From NCBI GenBank assembly GCA_964489295.1, contig CAZAXT010000001.1, positions 1 through 55,375 of the forward strand: DNA of 55,375 nt, read 5' to 3'. Within the stretch, counting starts at the first letter, position 1. Every line of letters starts with the position of its first letter. The translations under genes and the position numbers were made by a program. This DNA is from an uncultured Candidatus Saccharibacteria bacterium. GTDB lineage: Bacteria > Patescibacteriota > Saccharimonadia > QS-5-54-17. Positions 46,183-55,190 of the stretch are shown piece after piece. The notes beneath the pieces are model-generated. The model saw only the letters and a program-made list of their open reading frames with translations, searched no databases and was not told the DNA's origin.

Positions 46183-46275
46183 AATTCCCATTCTCCATGT
46201 CGCATCCATGATCCTATTTGTTTTGTCCAATAAGCCATGCTGCGCAGGCTGTGAAAATATGCATCGTACATAGGC

Positions 46276-46305
46276 TTTACACACCTTAGAATCAGCTGGT
46301 ATTAT
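46276..46305 (+). promoter_or_regulatory. Candidate sigma70-type promoter for rplU
   Basis: TTTACA, 18-nt spacer, TATTAT; AAGGAG SD follows. Confidence 0.5.
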
Positions 46306-46333
46306 AAAGGTAAGTTCAAGGAGCAATTCCGGT

Positions 46334-46756
46334 ATGAAGCAGGCAGTAATACAAGCTGGCGGCCAGCAGTACATTGTGAGCAAAAATCAGGAGCTCATGA
46401 TAGACCTCGTGGCAGACAAGAAGCAGCTGACGTTCCACCCGCTGTTGGTATTTGACGATGACAGTGCCGATGTCGGCACGCCGCAGGTAGAAAATGCCAA
46501 AGTTACTGCCAAGGTCATGGACCCTGACATTAAGGGTGAAAAAGTCATCGCTATCCGGTACAAACCCAAAAAGCGGGTGCATAAACGCCAGGGACACCGC
46601 CAACACTACAGTCGCATCAAAATCACGGGCATCACTCACCAAAGCAGCAACACGAAATCACAAAGCAGCACATCCAAGACCAAACAAAAGGGCTCTAACT
46701 CAGCGAGCTCAAAAACCCCAAAAAGCGCGCAGACAAAAACCGCCCAAACCGCCTAA
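46334..46756 (+). CDS. rplU: 50S ribosomal protein L21 with Ser/Lys/Thr-rich C-terminal tail
   Basis: MKQAVIQAGGQQYIV...KKRVHKRQGHRQHYSRIKI; an approximately 38-aa tail follows; no rpmA downstream. Confidence 0.92.
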   Translation: MKQAVIQAGGQQYIVSKNQELMIDLVADKKQLTFHPLLVFDDDSADVGTPQVENAKVTAKVMDPDIKGEKVIAIRYKPKKRVHKRQGHRQHYSRIKITGITHQSSNTKSQSSTSKTKQKGSNSASSKTPKSAQTKTAQTA

Positions 46757-46829
46757 AGCGAAGTGCTTTTTATGTGCACCCAATCCGTGATGTGCAAGAG
46801 GTAATACCCTCGTGTTTATCCGTAAAGTG

Positions 46830-46838
46830 TGATATTAT
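46830..46838 (+). promoter_or_regulatory. Candidate extended -10 promoter for parAB
   Basis: TGATATTAT (TGn plus TATTAT), 32 nt upstream of the parA ATG. Confidence 0.35.
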
Positions 46839-46870
46839 GTGGTACATACGCACGGGGTAACGAAACAAAC

Positions 46871-47632
46871 ATGCCGGGAAACGTGATCGCCATCGCAAAT
46901 CAAAAAGGAGGGGTCGGTAAGACCACGACGGCCATTAACACGGCCTACTACTTAGCCGAGCAGGGCAAATCCGTTTTAATTGTGGATCTTGATCCACAAG
47001 CCAATACCACCAGCGGTCTCGGATTTGATAAGCATGGACTCCAGCAAGATATATACCACGCCCTTTATGACGAAACTCTTGTTTCGCAACTTTTACATAA
47101 TACGCCCCATGGCATCGATTTACTTCCGGCCAGTCCGGTGCTGGCAGCAGCGGAGGTAGAATTGGTCGATATCGCTGAGCGGGAGCATCGGGTACGAAAA
47201 GTATTGGAACAGTTGGATTTTGATTACATATATATCGATTGTCCGCCCAGCCTCGGGTTATTGACCGTGAACGCCCTGGCGGCCTCGGATTATATCATTA
47301 TTCCCGTCCAGACCGAGTATTATGCACTGGAAGGCTTGGGTCAGCTATTGCACACGATCGATTTGGTTAAGCAAGGATTAAATCCAGCGCTCGAAATACT
47401 CGGGGTGGTGTTGACCATGCATACCAGTCGTACCGTGTTGTCCCAGCAAGTTCATGAAGAAGTTAAAAAACATTTTCCGGACAAAGTATTCGAAGATGTG
47501 ATCCCGAGAAATATCAGAGTGGCCGAAGCGCCCAGCTACGGGCAACCGCTTCACGTATATGACAAGCGAAGTAAGGGAGCCAAAGCTTATAAGCGCTTAG
47601 CAAAGGAGGTCGTGCGCCGTGTCGAGCAATAG
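46871..47632 (+). CDS. parA: Chromosome partitioning ATPase ParA/Soj
   Basis: Deviant Walker A NQKGGVGKTT; DCPPSLG; start at MPGNVIAIANQ. Confidence 0.9.
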   Translation: MPGNVIAIANQKGGVGKTTTAINTAYYLAEQGKSVLIVDLDPQANTTSGLGFDKHGLQQDIYHALYDETLVSQLLHNTPHGIDLLPASPVLAAAEVELVDIAEREHRVRKVLEQLDFDYIYIDCPPSLGLLTVNALAASDYIIIPVQTEYYALEGLGQLLHTIDLVKQGLNPALEILGVVLTMHTSRTVLSQQVHEEVKKHFPDKVFEDVIPRNIRVAEAPSYGQPLHVYDKRSKGAKAYKRLAKEVVRRVEQ

Positions 47633-48482
47633 AGGATTAGGGCGGGGGTTTGACTCCCTTATACCTACCGAAGTAGAGCAAGAATTCGACCCTACACCGA
47701 CAGGATCGAGTGATATTCAGCATATCGGGGTGGAGCAGATTGACCCCAACCCGCATCAACCCCGGGACGGTTTTAATCAACAGGAGCTCGATGCGTTAGC
47801 GGATTCGATCCGGGAACATGGTATCCTGCAACCACTTGTCGCCCAAACTTCGGGTGAGCGCTATCAATTGGTGGCGGGGGAACGTCGTCTCCGTGCCGCA
47901 CGGGCCATTGGGCTGGAGACCGTACCGGTGATTGTCCGCAGTTTCGATGAACAACAGACACTCGAACTGTCGCTGATTGAAAACATCCAGCGGGAACAGC
48001 TCAATGCCGTGGAAACGGCTGCGGCTTATCAGAAACTGCTTGACCAATTCAATCTCGACAGTGGCGAGATTGCCAAACGCGTTGGTCGTGATGAGAGCAC
48101 CATCAAAAATACCCTTCGACTATTAAAACTCCCCACTACCGCTAAACACGCGCTGGTTGACGGTGAGATCAGCGAAGGTCATGCCCGTGCCATCCTGAGT
48201 GTCACCGATGAAACCCGCCAGGAAGAGTTATTGCGCAACATCATCGATAACGACTGGACAGTTCGCCGGTCTGAAGAGTATGCTCGCGACGTCAAAACCG
48301 AACGTGCCGCGCCGACCCAGCTCACGTCCGAGACGGAAGCCACTAAAAAACTCAGCGTCAAACTCGACACGAAAGTACAACTACAACGCCGCGCCCACGG
48401 TGGCCGGTTGATGATTCATTATCAGGACGACGAAGACTTACAACGGCTTCTGGATCAGTTATCGGCGGACCAAAACCGGTAA
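47619..48482 (+). CDS. parB: Chromosome partitioning protein ParB/Spo0J
   Basis: 287 aa; LQPLV...LVAGERRLRAA box, HTH region; GTG start overlapping parA. Confidence 0.9.
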   Translation: MSSNRGLGRGFDSLIPTEVEQEFDPTPTGSSDIQHIGVEQIDPNPHQPRDGFNQQELDALADSIREHGILQPLVAQTSGERYQLVAGERRLRAARAIGLETVPVIVRSFDEQQTLELSLIENIQREQLNAVETAAAYQKLLDQFNLDSGEIAKRVGRDESTIKNTLRLLKLPTTAKHALVDGEISEGHARAILSVTDETRQEELLRNIIDNDWTVRRSEEYARDVKTERAAPTQLTSETEATKKLSVKLDTKVQLQRRAHGGRLMIHYQDDEDLQRLLDQLSADQNR

Positions 48483-48675
48483 CACGGGTATTACTGGTTA
48501 TTCTCGACCTAGCGTCGGGTGTTCTATCATGAAATTTACAAGCGTGTTCTGTTATAGCGAGCCCGAATATACGAAGATAAATGTGCGCTTTTTATAGTGA
48601 AGTATATTAAAAACTGACCCAAAATAAGCTACAGTGCCTGCGCTACTCGTGACTGATGTGGTCTGCAACCTATCC

Positions 48676-49263
48676 CTAGAACGTTTCAAGATCGTTAGCT
48701 GGCCACAGACGGAGTACTAATGAGCCGATAACGTCCTCTGTGGGAATCGTGCCAAGTCGGTTCCGTGAATCCGATGAGCCGTTACCCTGGCGGTTATCCC
48801 CGACAACAAAAACATGTTCGGATGGCACTTCGGTTTTGATGTTGCCCGATACGTTGGTTTCGGGTGTATCTATCACGGTATACGGGTTAAATCCCTCAGG
48901 GTGTTGCTGATTAAATACTGTTAAGTCACCATCTGCTACGGTGACCCGCTCTCCTGGCAATCCAATAACCCGTTTGATCAACCGGGGGCTATTGATCGGA
49001 TCTACCACCACGATGTCACCTCTTTCGGGAATATATGGATCATTTTGCAAATGCTGCCATGTTGGTTCCAGTTTGGAGATGATCAAATAATCTCCGTCAT
49101 GTAACGTCGGTTCCATGCTCTTGCCGTATACTTGGAAAGGTTTGAATACGAACGACTGGAGCCCGATCGCGACAGTAATCGCGACGACCCATGCGACAAC
49201 GAATTTCACAAATGAAAAATCACGGCGTTTGGGTTGGTTGGAATATTGTTGGTTTTCCATCAC
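48676..49263 (-). CDS. lepB: Signal peptidase I
   Basis: GKSMEPTL (Ser box), KRVIGLPGE (Lys box), GDNRQGNGSSDSR; start GTG 49263 or ATG 49260. Confidence 0.9.
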   Translation of the reverse strand: MMENQQYSNQPKRRDFSFVKFVVAWVVAITVAIGLQSFVFKPFQVYGKSMEPTLHDGDYLIISKLEPTWQHLQNDPYIPERGDIVVVDPINSPRLIKRVIGLPGERVTVADGDLTVFNQQHPEGFNPYTVIDTPETNVSGNIKTEVPSEHVFVVGDNRQGNGSSDSRNRLGTIPTEDVIGSLVLRLWPANDLETF

Positions 49264-49269
49264 TATTTC

Positions 49270-49278
49270 AGTATAGCA
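49270..49278 (-). promoter_or_regulatory. Candidate extended -10 promoter for lepB (leaderless geometry)
   Basis: Minus-strand TGCTATACT; GTG follows 6 nt downstream and ATG 9 nt downstream. Confidence 0.4.
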
Positions 49279-49313
49279 GGAAATATCCTGGTGATCATGG
49301 AGCGTATTAACGG

Positions 49314-49343
49314 TTGGCCATTGCCCGTGTTTTTCGGTATACT
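49314..49343 (+). promoter_or_regulatory. Candidate promoter for the LCP gene
   Basis: TTGGCC, 18-nt spacer, TATACT; ATG 11 nt downstream. Confidence 0.35.
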
Positions 49344-49354
49344 ATCCCGTAGTT

Positions 49355-50881
49355 ATGCAAGAACCACGTCCGGGTCGTTCATTGGATGGAATGTCCGCAC
49401 GACGGCCGTCCGACCAAAACACCCAAAATGCTGCACCACAACAACCGGTATCTTCAGATCAGGAGATTGCGTCTGAGGCATACCATAGCCACCATCAACA
49501 ACCTCAAGATGATGGCGTTGAAGATACCGACTTGCACGTTTCGGATTCACCCACCGACCGTACGAAAAAGATGAATAAAAACCGTCGTGGAGCGCGCCGG
49601 TTCTTCACATGGCGGAAAATTATGCTCGCTTTCGGTGTGCTTTTGTTCGGTGTACTGGCGGTAGCCGCCTTTGCCGTTTGGCACGTCCAAAACAATCTGA
49701 TCGTAGATAATGTCGATGGCGGCGCCGCCTTACTACAGGAAAACACCGATCCCAGTATGTTGGACGGAGAAGGGGATGGACGGATTAATGCACTACTGAT
49801 CGGTATCGATGAAAAGACCGGGTTAGCGGACACGATCATGCTCGCAAGTTTCGACCCAATTGCTAAGGACGTGGTATTACTGAGCATCCCCCGGGATTTA
49901 TATGTGGAAATCAATGGATTCGGCTCGGCTAAAATCAACGCCGCCCATGCCTACGGGCAGCGGTATGAGTATGAAGGAGGCGGCCCGGAATTACTGAAAG
50001 ACACGGTTAGCAGGGTTACGGGCATGCCGATTCATTACTATGGACGGGTAGACTTTGCCGGCTTCAAGCAAGCTATTAACGTGGTGGATGGCATTACCGT
50101 TAACGTTGAACAACCCATTCACGATCCGTATTATCCCGATCAAACCCGGACCGGATATGAACCGTTGCATATCGAAGCCGGTGATCAACATATGGATGGA
50201 GAACGAGCGTTACGGTATGCGCGCTCTCGCAAGACGACCAGCGATTTTGATCGAAGCCGGCGGCAACAAAAGATCATCATGGCGCTTCGCGAGAAAGTAT
50301 TATCCCGGGGAACGCTTGCCAATCCGAGTAAAGTTACCGGTCTGTTAAACACACTCAGCGGTAATGCCAAAACCAACATGAGCGTGGACGAGATCATGCG
50401 ACTGCTTGAGCTGAGTGAAGGCATGAGCCGGGATGACATTAAACGGGTGCAACTCGATACCTCCGAGGATGGCTACTTGACATTTAGTAATGTTCACGGA
50501 AAATCGGTACTCGTACCCTCGGCTGGCGACTTTAGTGAGATTAAAGAATACGTTCGAACGCTGATGGTTGATAGTTACATCAAAGATGAGGCCGCTAAAG
50601 TCAGTGTACTGAACGGTACGGGCGAACCTGGTCTAGCCGGAGATACGGCAGATTTACTTCGCAGTTATGGATACGATGTGGTCAATGTCAACAACGCGCC
50701 CAATCAAAACTACACCCAGACCGTGATTTTCAATTACACCGGGGATGAGAATCCGTACACGCTGCGATACCTGGAAAAACGGTTTGGCGTGCAGGCGAAA
50801 CGCCGCCAAAATACCGGTCAGAATACTCCGCATGACATAGAGATCGTACTCGGCAGTGACTATGAACCGAATACTGAGTAA
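49355..50881 (+). CDS. LytR-CpsA-Psr (LCP) family cell-wall glycopolymer transferase
   Basis: 508 aa; disordered N-terminus, one TM, LCP core (RINALLIGID...ADTIMLASFDP...SIPRDLYV...ALRYARSR), C-terminal LytR_C-like domain. Confidence 0.85.
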   Translation: MQEPRPGRSLDGMSARRPSDQNTQNAAPQQPVSSDQEIASEAYHSHHQQPQDDGVEDTDLHVSDSPTDRTKKMNKNRRGARRFFTWRKIMLAFGVLLFGVLAVAAFAVWHVQNNLIVDNVDGGAALLQENTDPSMLDGEGDGRINALLIGIDEKTGLADTIMLASFDPIAKDVVLLSIPRDLYVEINGFGSAKINAAHAYGQRYEYEGGGPELLKDTVSRVTGMPIHYYGRVDFAGFKQAINVVDGITVNVEQPIHDPYYPDQTRTGYEPLHIEAGDQHMDGERALRYARSRKTTSDFDRSRRQQKIIMALREKVLSRGTLANPSKVTGLLNTLSGNAKTNMSVDEIMRLLELSEGMSRDDIKRVQLDTSEDGYLTFSNVHGKSVLVPSAGDFSEIKEYVRTLMVDSYIKDEAAKVSVLNGTGEPGLAGDTADLLRSYGYDVVNVNNAPNQNYTQTVIFNYTGDENPYTLRYLEKRFGVQAKRRQNTGQNTPHDIEIVLGSDYEPNTE

Positions 50882-51641
50882 ACTCCGCATCAGTCGGGCT
50901 CAATGGCAAATCATCCGTTTGGGTGCCAGCGTTGCGCTTATACTCGTGTTGTTGTACTTAGTGCAAGCCGGGTTTACCCCAATCGCCATCGTGGTAGCTT
51001 TGGCAAGTAAATGGCAAATTGTCCGCGGCGGCCCACGTCTGTGGCTTCACAATTTGTGGGACAACATTGTCGATATTATATTTATTCTCAGCATTATTGC
51101 CCTGCTCGAGATATACAGCGGAGCTGCTATATCCGTTATGCAATTAGGGGTACTCGGGCTCTATTTGGCGTGGCAAATATTGATTAAGCCGTATTCAGGT
51201 ATCGTGGGTCATAGTATTCAAGCTTTGCTCATGTTGGCTGCGGCGGTGTCGGTCATCTTCCTGATGAAATCAACCATCGGTATCGCCGGCATGGTAATAC
51301 TATCCTGGCTCGTCGCGGTCGCGGCCGCCGACCACTTTCTCATTACTATCACTGACGACACCTCCCTGCGTAGATTGCTTTCAGTTGTCTGGGCACTGAT
51401 CATTACCCAGACAGTCTGGCTTTTCGGGCATTGGCTGGTGTTTTACCCGTTCCTTGAGGGCAGGATCTTGTTTCCGCAAGCCATGCTGGTAATTGTCGCT
51501 ATGGGGTATATATTTGGTACCATATACAATGATCACCATCACAAACGGTTAAGTCGAAAGCGCCTGTATTATTACTTGGGCCTGATGGCCGTGATCGTAC
51601 TGGTATTAATCATGGGAAGCGAATGGGTTTCCCGCGTATGA
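50862..51641 (+). CDS. Hypothetical polytopic membrane protein
   Basis: About 259 aa with 6 or more hydrophobic segments; overlaps the LCP 3' end; family not recognised. Confidence 0.55.
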   Translation: MNRILSKLRISRAQWQIIRLGASVALILVLLYLVQAGFTPIAIVVALASKWQIVRGGPRLWLHNLWDNIVDIIFILSIIALLEIYSGAAISVMQLGVLGLYLAWQILIKPYSGIVGHSIQALLMLAAAVSVIFLMKSTIGIAGMVILSWLVAVAAADHFLITITDDTSLRRLLSVVWALIITQTVWLFGHWLVFYPFLEGRILFPQAMLVIVAMGYIFGTIYNDHHHKRLSRKRLYYYLGLMAVIVLVLIMGSEWVSRV

Positions 51642-51651
51642 GGAGGTATAC

Positions 51652-52782
51652 GTGTATCTGCAGCTGAAACATATCGGATGGGGCATCTTCATATTGGTAG
51701 TCACATCGTTTTTCGGGGGCTTGATCGGTGGCTTTTTGGGTGTCGGCGTATTGGACGACATGTTATTTAATTCCGAAAATAACAATGAAATCACGCTCCA
51801 GGAAAGCTCGGTTATTACTAATGTAGCACAAGAACTGCGCCCCAGTGTGGTAAGTATCGAGACCGAAGAAGCGCCCCGCTTCGATGTATTCGGCCGTGAA
51901 TTCGAGCAACAGGCCGGCTCTGCCACCGGTGTGATCGTGTCTGAAGATGGTACCGTGTTGACCAACAAACACGTGGTGCCCGAAGGAAGTGACATCACTA
52001 TACGGGACAACCAAGGGAGAGCATACGACGATGTCAATGTGATCGACCGGGACCCCTTTAATGATATCGCTTTTTTGCAGATAGAAACGGACCGGGATTT
52101 GCGACCGGCTGAGCTCGGTGATTCGGATCAAGTGGAAGTTGGTCAACGAGTCATCGCTATCGGCAACGCATTAGGTGAATTCAGTAATACGGTAACCTCC
52201 GGTATTATTTCCGGTATCGGACGGCCCGTACAAGCGGCGGGAGGTGATTCGGGCGTATCCCAATTACAGGGATTATTCCAAACGGACGCTGCCATTAATC
52301 CAGGTAATTCCGGTGGTCCGCTGGTGAACATCGAAGGCCAGGTAATCGGCCTCAATACCGCAATAGCCGGCAACGCGGAAAACATAGGATTCTCCATACC
52401 GATCAACCAGATTAAGCCCGGTTTGCAGAGTATCAGTGAGCATGGTCGTATCATAAAGCCGTTTCTGGGTATCCGATACGTGACACTCGATTCACAGATC
52501 GCTGAGCGGTCCGGGTTGGATATTACGCAAGGCGCCTATCTACCCGAATCCGGTGGTCAACCGCCTGTTATCCCGGACGGTCCAGCCGCTGAAGCCGGCC
52601 TTCAGGCCGGTGATGTCATTACTGCAATTGATGGGCAGGCCATCAACCGGGAAAACAACTTGGCCAGCATCATCGGTCAACACCAACCCGGCGACACCAT
52701 AACGGTGACGCTACAACGCGACGGGGAAGAACAAACGCTCGATGTTACGCTTTCCGAAGCCCCCGAAAATCTTCGGAATTAA
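51652..52782 (+). CDS. HtrA/DegP-family serine protease with PDZ domain
   Basis: GTG start 5 nt after GAGGAGG; N-terminal TM; triad contexts TNKHVV, DIAFLQ, GNSGGPL; C-terminal PDZ (GLQAGDVITAIDG). Confidence 0.9.
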   Translation: MYLQLKHIGWGIFILVVTSFFGGLIGGFLGVGVLDDMLFNSENNNEITLQESSVITNVAQELRPSVVSIETEEAPRFDVFGREFEQQAGSATGVIVSEDGTVLTNKHVVPEGSDITIRDNQGRAYDDVNVIDRDPFNDIAFLQIETDRDLRPAELGDSDQVEVGQRVIAIGNALGEFSNTVTSGIISGIGRPVQAAGGDSGVSQLQGLFQTDAAINPGNSGGPLVNIEGQVIGLNTAIAGNAENIGFSIPINQIKPGLQSISEHGRIIKPFLGIRYVTLDSQIAERSGLDITQGAYLPESGGQPPVIPDGPAAEAGLQAGDVITAIDGQAINRENNLASIIGQHQPGDTITVTLQRDGEEQTLDVTLSEAPENLRN

Positions 52783-52825
52783 GTAAGATATTTTTCCAAC
52801 TGCTTGAAAAGCGTTTGCTACGGTG

Positions 52826-53452
52826 TTACCGATTCGGGTAATGCGTCGGAGTTTCCAAAAGAAACTCTCGGTATATGAAGGAACTGTGTTGACGTAGCAG
52901 ATCCGCCCATCGCTGACCTGTTGCTAGTTCTTGTCGCCAGTTGTTTCGAGAAAATCGGAATTGCGCGAATTCATACGCAACAGATTTTCTCGTTTCTTCT
53001 GGCAACTGTTCATCATCCCCAACCCTGTTATTCACAAATGCTTCAACTGCTGTGTCCGGAAATCCATATAGGTATCCGAGTGTGGCGTGGTCCATGTCAT
53101 GGACAGATCGACTAAGTTGTTCCAGTCTGTTTTGATCTGCTGCGATATGGATCGTAATACGTGTTCGCCCGTCATCAACTAGATGGGCTTCGGTTGGGGC
53201 GTACGACCGGGCTAGGGTTACAATGAGTTGCTCGTTGTCAATGGTATACACCAGCGGCAACGTATCCAGTTGATGACCGATAATACGTACTGCGTTCCTA
53301 TCAATCCGTTTGGCAGGGGAGTCGTCCGGATATTCGTCGGAATCAAGCACGACTTCAGTTGCATACTTCTCACCTAATAAAAGCAGTACCAAATCTACCT
53401 TTTCAGCAATCATGATATCCATATGTTCTACAGTTTTGATGTGTGATTCCAT
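52826..53452 (-). CDS. Hypothetical protein downstream of prmC
   Basis: About 208 aa from ATG 53452 (tracked start 53566 would overlap prmC by 90 nt); no motif recognised; looks AT-richer. Confidence 0.5.
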   Translation of the reverse strand: MESHIKTVEHMDIMIAEKVDLVLLLLGEKYATEVVLDSDEYPDDSPAKRIDRNAVRIIGHQLDTLPLVYTIDNEQLIVTLARSYAPTEAHLVDDGRTRITIHIAADQNRLEQLSRSVHDMDHATLGYLYGFPDTAVEAFVNNRVGDDEQLPEETRKSVAYEFAQFRFSRNNWRQELATGQRWADLLRQHSSFIYREFLLETPTHYPNR

Positions 53453-53475
53453 ACATCCAAATTTAACAGTGGGGT

Positions 53476-54291
53476 TTATTTTTCCAAAGCTAACAGGAAA
53501 CGACCCTCGTCCCGTGCGCAAAAGCCGTAAGTATAACCGAAACGGATCAATTTCGGGTGTTGCCACGGATCGGATTCGAGTACGATTATGCCGCCGGAAT
53601 TAAGATAACCAGGTGCGTCTTGCAGGAAACGGCGATATACTCCCAGCCCATCTTTGTCGCCGCCATCCAGCGCCAACTTTGGTTCTTGTTCCGTATCCCG
53701 GGTTAATTCCGCGTCCGGTTTGAGATAGGGAAGATTGGCTATTATCACGTCGAATGTTCCGGTGATTCGGGAAAAAAGATCACTCTCCTGGAACTGTAAA
53801 GATGTGACGTTATCCGAGGCGTTATCACGGGCGATAGTGAGCGCTTTGGCTGAAACGTCGCTGGCCGTAACATCCAGATCCGGGCGGCTGACCTTGAGAG
53901 AGACGGCCAATGCACCACAACCGGTCCCCATATCAATCACGCGAGCTTCTTTCGGTGCGTTTTTCAAAACGTAATCTATCAGAGCTTCGGATTCCGGTCG
54001 CGGAGTCATAACATCCGGCGACACTGAAAACGATAGCCCGTAAAATTCTTTCTTGCCTATTAGGTAGGCGACAGGGGCGCCGTTTATCCGTTGTGCCACC
54101 AGCTCCTCGTATTTTTGCAGGCACTCTTTTTGCAATTTGGAATCAATTGGTTCATTCGCGTGAGTATACAGCCATGTACGCGGTTTCTCGCAGGTGTGTT
54201 CCAAAAGTATTAACGCATCCAGTTCGGGTGTAGTAGAACCGGACTCCGCGATTCTATGGCGCGTTTTTTTGATGGAATCACCAATAGTCAT
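53476..54291 (-). CDS. prmC: Release-factor glutamine N5-methyltransferase PrmC/HemK
   Basis: 271 aa; SAM motif DMGTGCGALAV; catalytic tetrapeptide reads NLPY instead of the usual NPPY. Confidence 0.88.
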   Translation of the reverse strand: MTIGDSIKKTRHRIAESGSTTPELDALILLEHTCEKPRTWLYTHANEPIDSKLQKECLQKYEELVAQRINGAPVAYLIGKKEFYGLSFSVSPDVMTPRPESEALIDYVLKNAPKEARVIDMGTGCGALAVSLKVSRPDLDVTASDVSAKALTIARDNASDNVTSLQFQESDLFSRITGTFDVIIANLPYLKPDAELTRDTEQEPKLALDGGDKDGLGVYRRFLQDAPGYLNSGGIIVLESDPWQHPKLIRFGYTYGFCARDEGRFLLALEK

Positions 54292-54297
54292 AAAGAT

Positions 54298-54306
54298 AGT
54301 ATAGCA
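54298..54306 (-). promoter_or_regulatory. Candidate extended -10 promoter for prmC (leaderless geometry)
   Basis: Minus-strand TGCTATACT, then 6 nt (ATCTTT), then ATG at 54291. Confidence 0.4.
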
Positions 54307-54350
54307 ATAATATCCATTCCTAAATATTTACAAGAGGTAACGTTGGCTTT

Positions 54351-54379
54351 TTGACAGAAATGCAATACCAATGTATAAT
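54351..54379 (+). promoter_or_regulatory. Consensus sigma70-type promoter for the orphan ORF 54418-55128
   Basis: Exact TTGACA, 17 nt, exact TATAAT. Confidence 0.6.
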
Positions 54380-54386
54380 ATTAAAA

Positions 54387-54408
54387 GACACAACAAGGAC
54401 ACAACAAG
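54387..54408 (+). repeat. Tandem 11-mer GACACAACAAG x2 in the 5' UTR
   Basis: Read directly; begins about 8 nt after the -10 box and ends 9 nt before the ATG at 54418. Confidence 0.85.
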
Positions 54409-54417
54409 GTTTACTCT

Positions 54418-55128
54418 ATGAATCCGGAAAGCCCTCTATTTCATCAACATAATATTAACAGAATTGCCAACAACGTCTACGAAAAAGGTGAGAAACAAAA
54501 GTTGGCGAACGATCTTTCCGAAATCCTGCAAATTCCCGATGCCGTTGAAAGCGTAGCGATAGCTAGTATGCGCATAGAAGCAGATGATATTCTTGCTGAA
54601 CGGGACAGTTTCCCCATGTTGCTTAATAAAGCGCTGACTCGAGAAGAGGATTGCAAATTATCTCCAGGCCCCGGTCTTCATCAACCCCCTGCGAAAGCAA
54701 AACTATTTGAGCCGCACGATAAAACGACTTCGAGTCAATTCCCCGAAGTAGAGCTCAAAACTTCAGCGGTTGGTTTTGATTTGTTTGAGAGAGGAACGCC
54801 GCAAAAGGAAGGAACACCCGTGTCGCAGATGTTGCTTTTCAAACTTGACCATATCGAAAATCCGGAAACAGCAAAGGATTTACAACTGGATGTAAACTGT
54901 AAATTCGGCGTTAACATCCAACATGGAGAGCTAGAACCGTTTATACTCGAGATGATGAACAACGAACGGGCAGAGCACCCCCTGGAACGCCGCAGCCCGA
55001 TGGAAGATGATGACAAGAGATTAAAAATAAGATTTCTTGATAGAGAAAAAGATGCCGACGAGTATGTTGCCGTAATGGATGAAGCTAAGTTGTTTGTGCA
55101 GCAAAGACAAGCTGATCAGGAGCAGTAG
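54418..55128 (+). CDS. Hypothetical orphan protein (236 aa, acidic, AT-rich gene)
   Basis: Long ORF with a consensus promoter; no recognisable motif, TM segment or signal peptide. Confidence 0.5.
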   Translation: MNPESPLFHQHNINRIANNVYEKGEKQKLANDLSEILQIPDAVESVAIASMRIEADDILAERDSFPMLLNKALTREEDCKLSPGPGLHQPPAKAKLFEPHDKTTSSQFPEVELKTSAVGFDLFERGTPQKEGTPVSQMLLFKLDHIENPETAKDLQLDVNCKFGVNIQHGELEPFILEMMNNERAEHPLERRSPMEDDDKRLKIRFLDREKDADEYVAVMDEAKLFVQQRQADQEQ

Positions 55129-55190
55129 AATTAACCGTACTTGCGGTTGATGGATCAGGACGGCTGCTTATACTGACAAGTTATCAATCG

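Noticed and set aside
46003-46383. Three overlapping 76-85-aa ORFs (both strands) in the SEDS-rplU spacer.
   Set aside because: They are driven by a polypyrimidine/T-rich tract and terminator-like sequence. Their translations are Phe/Leu/Lys homopolymer-like. None abuts the flanking genes and none has an SD.
48483-48675. Possible small RNA or bidirectional terminator in the 193-nt convergent parB/lepB spacer.
   Set aside because: I found only a short direct repeat (GTGTTCT x2). I found no stable hairpin with a U tract and no recognisable ncRNA motif (SRP, 6S, tmRNA or RNase P signatures). I cannot support a call by eye.
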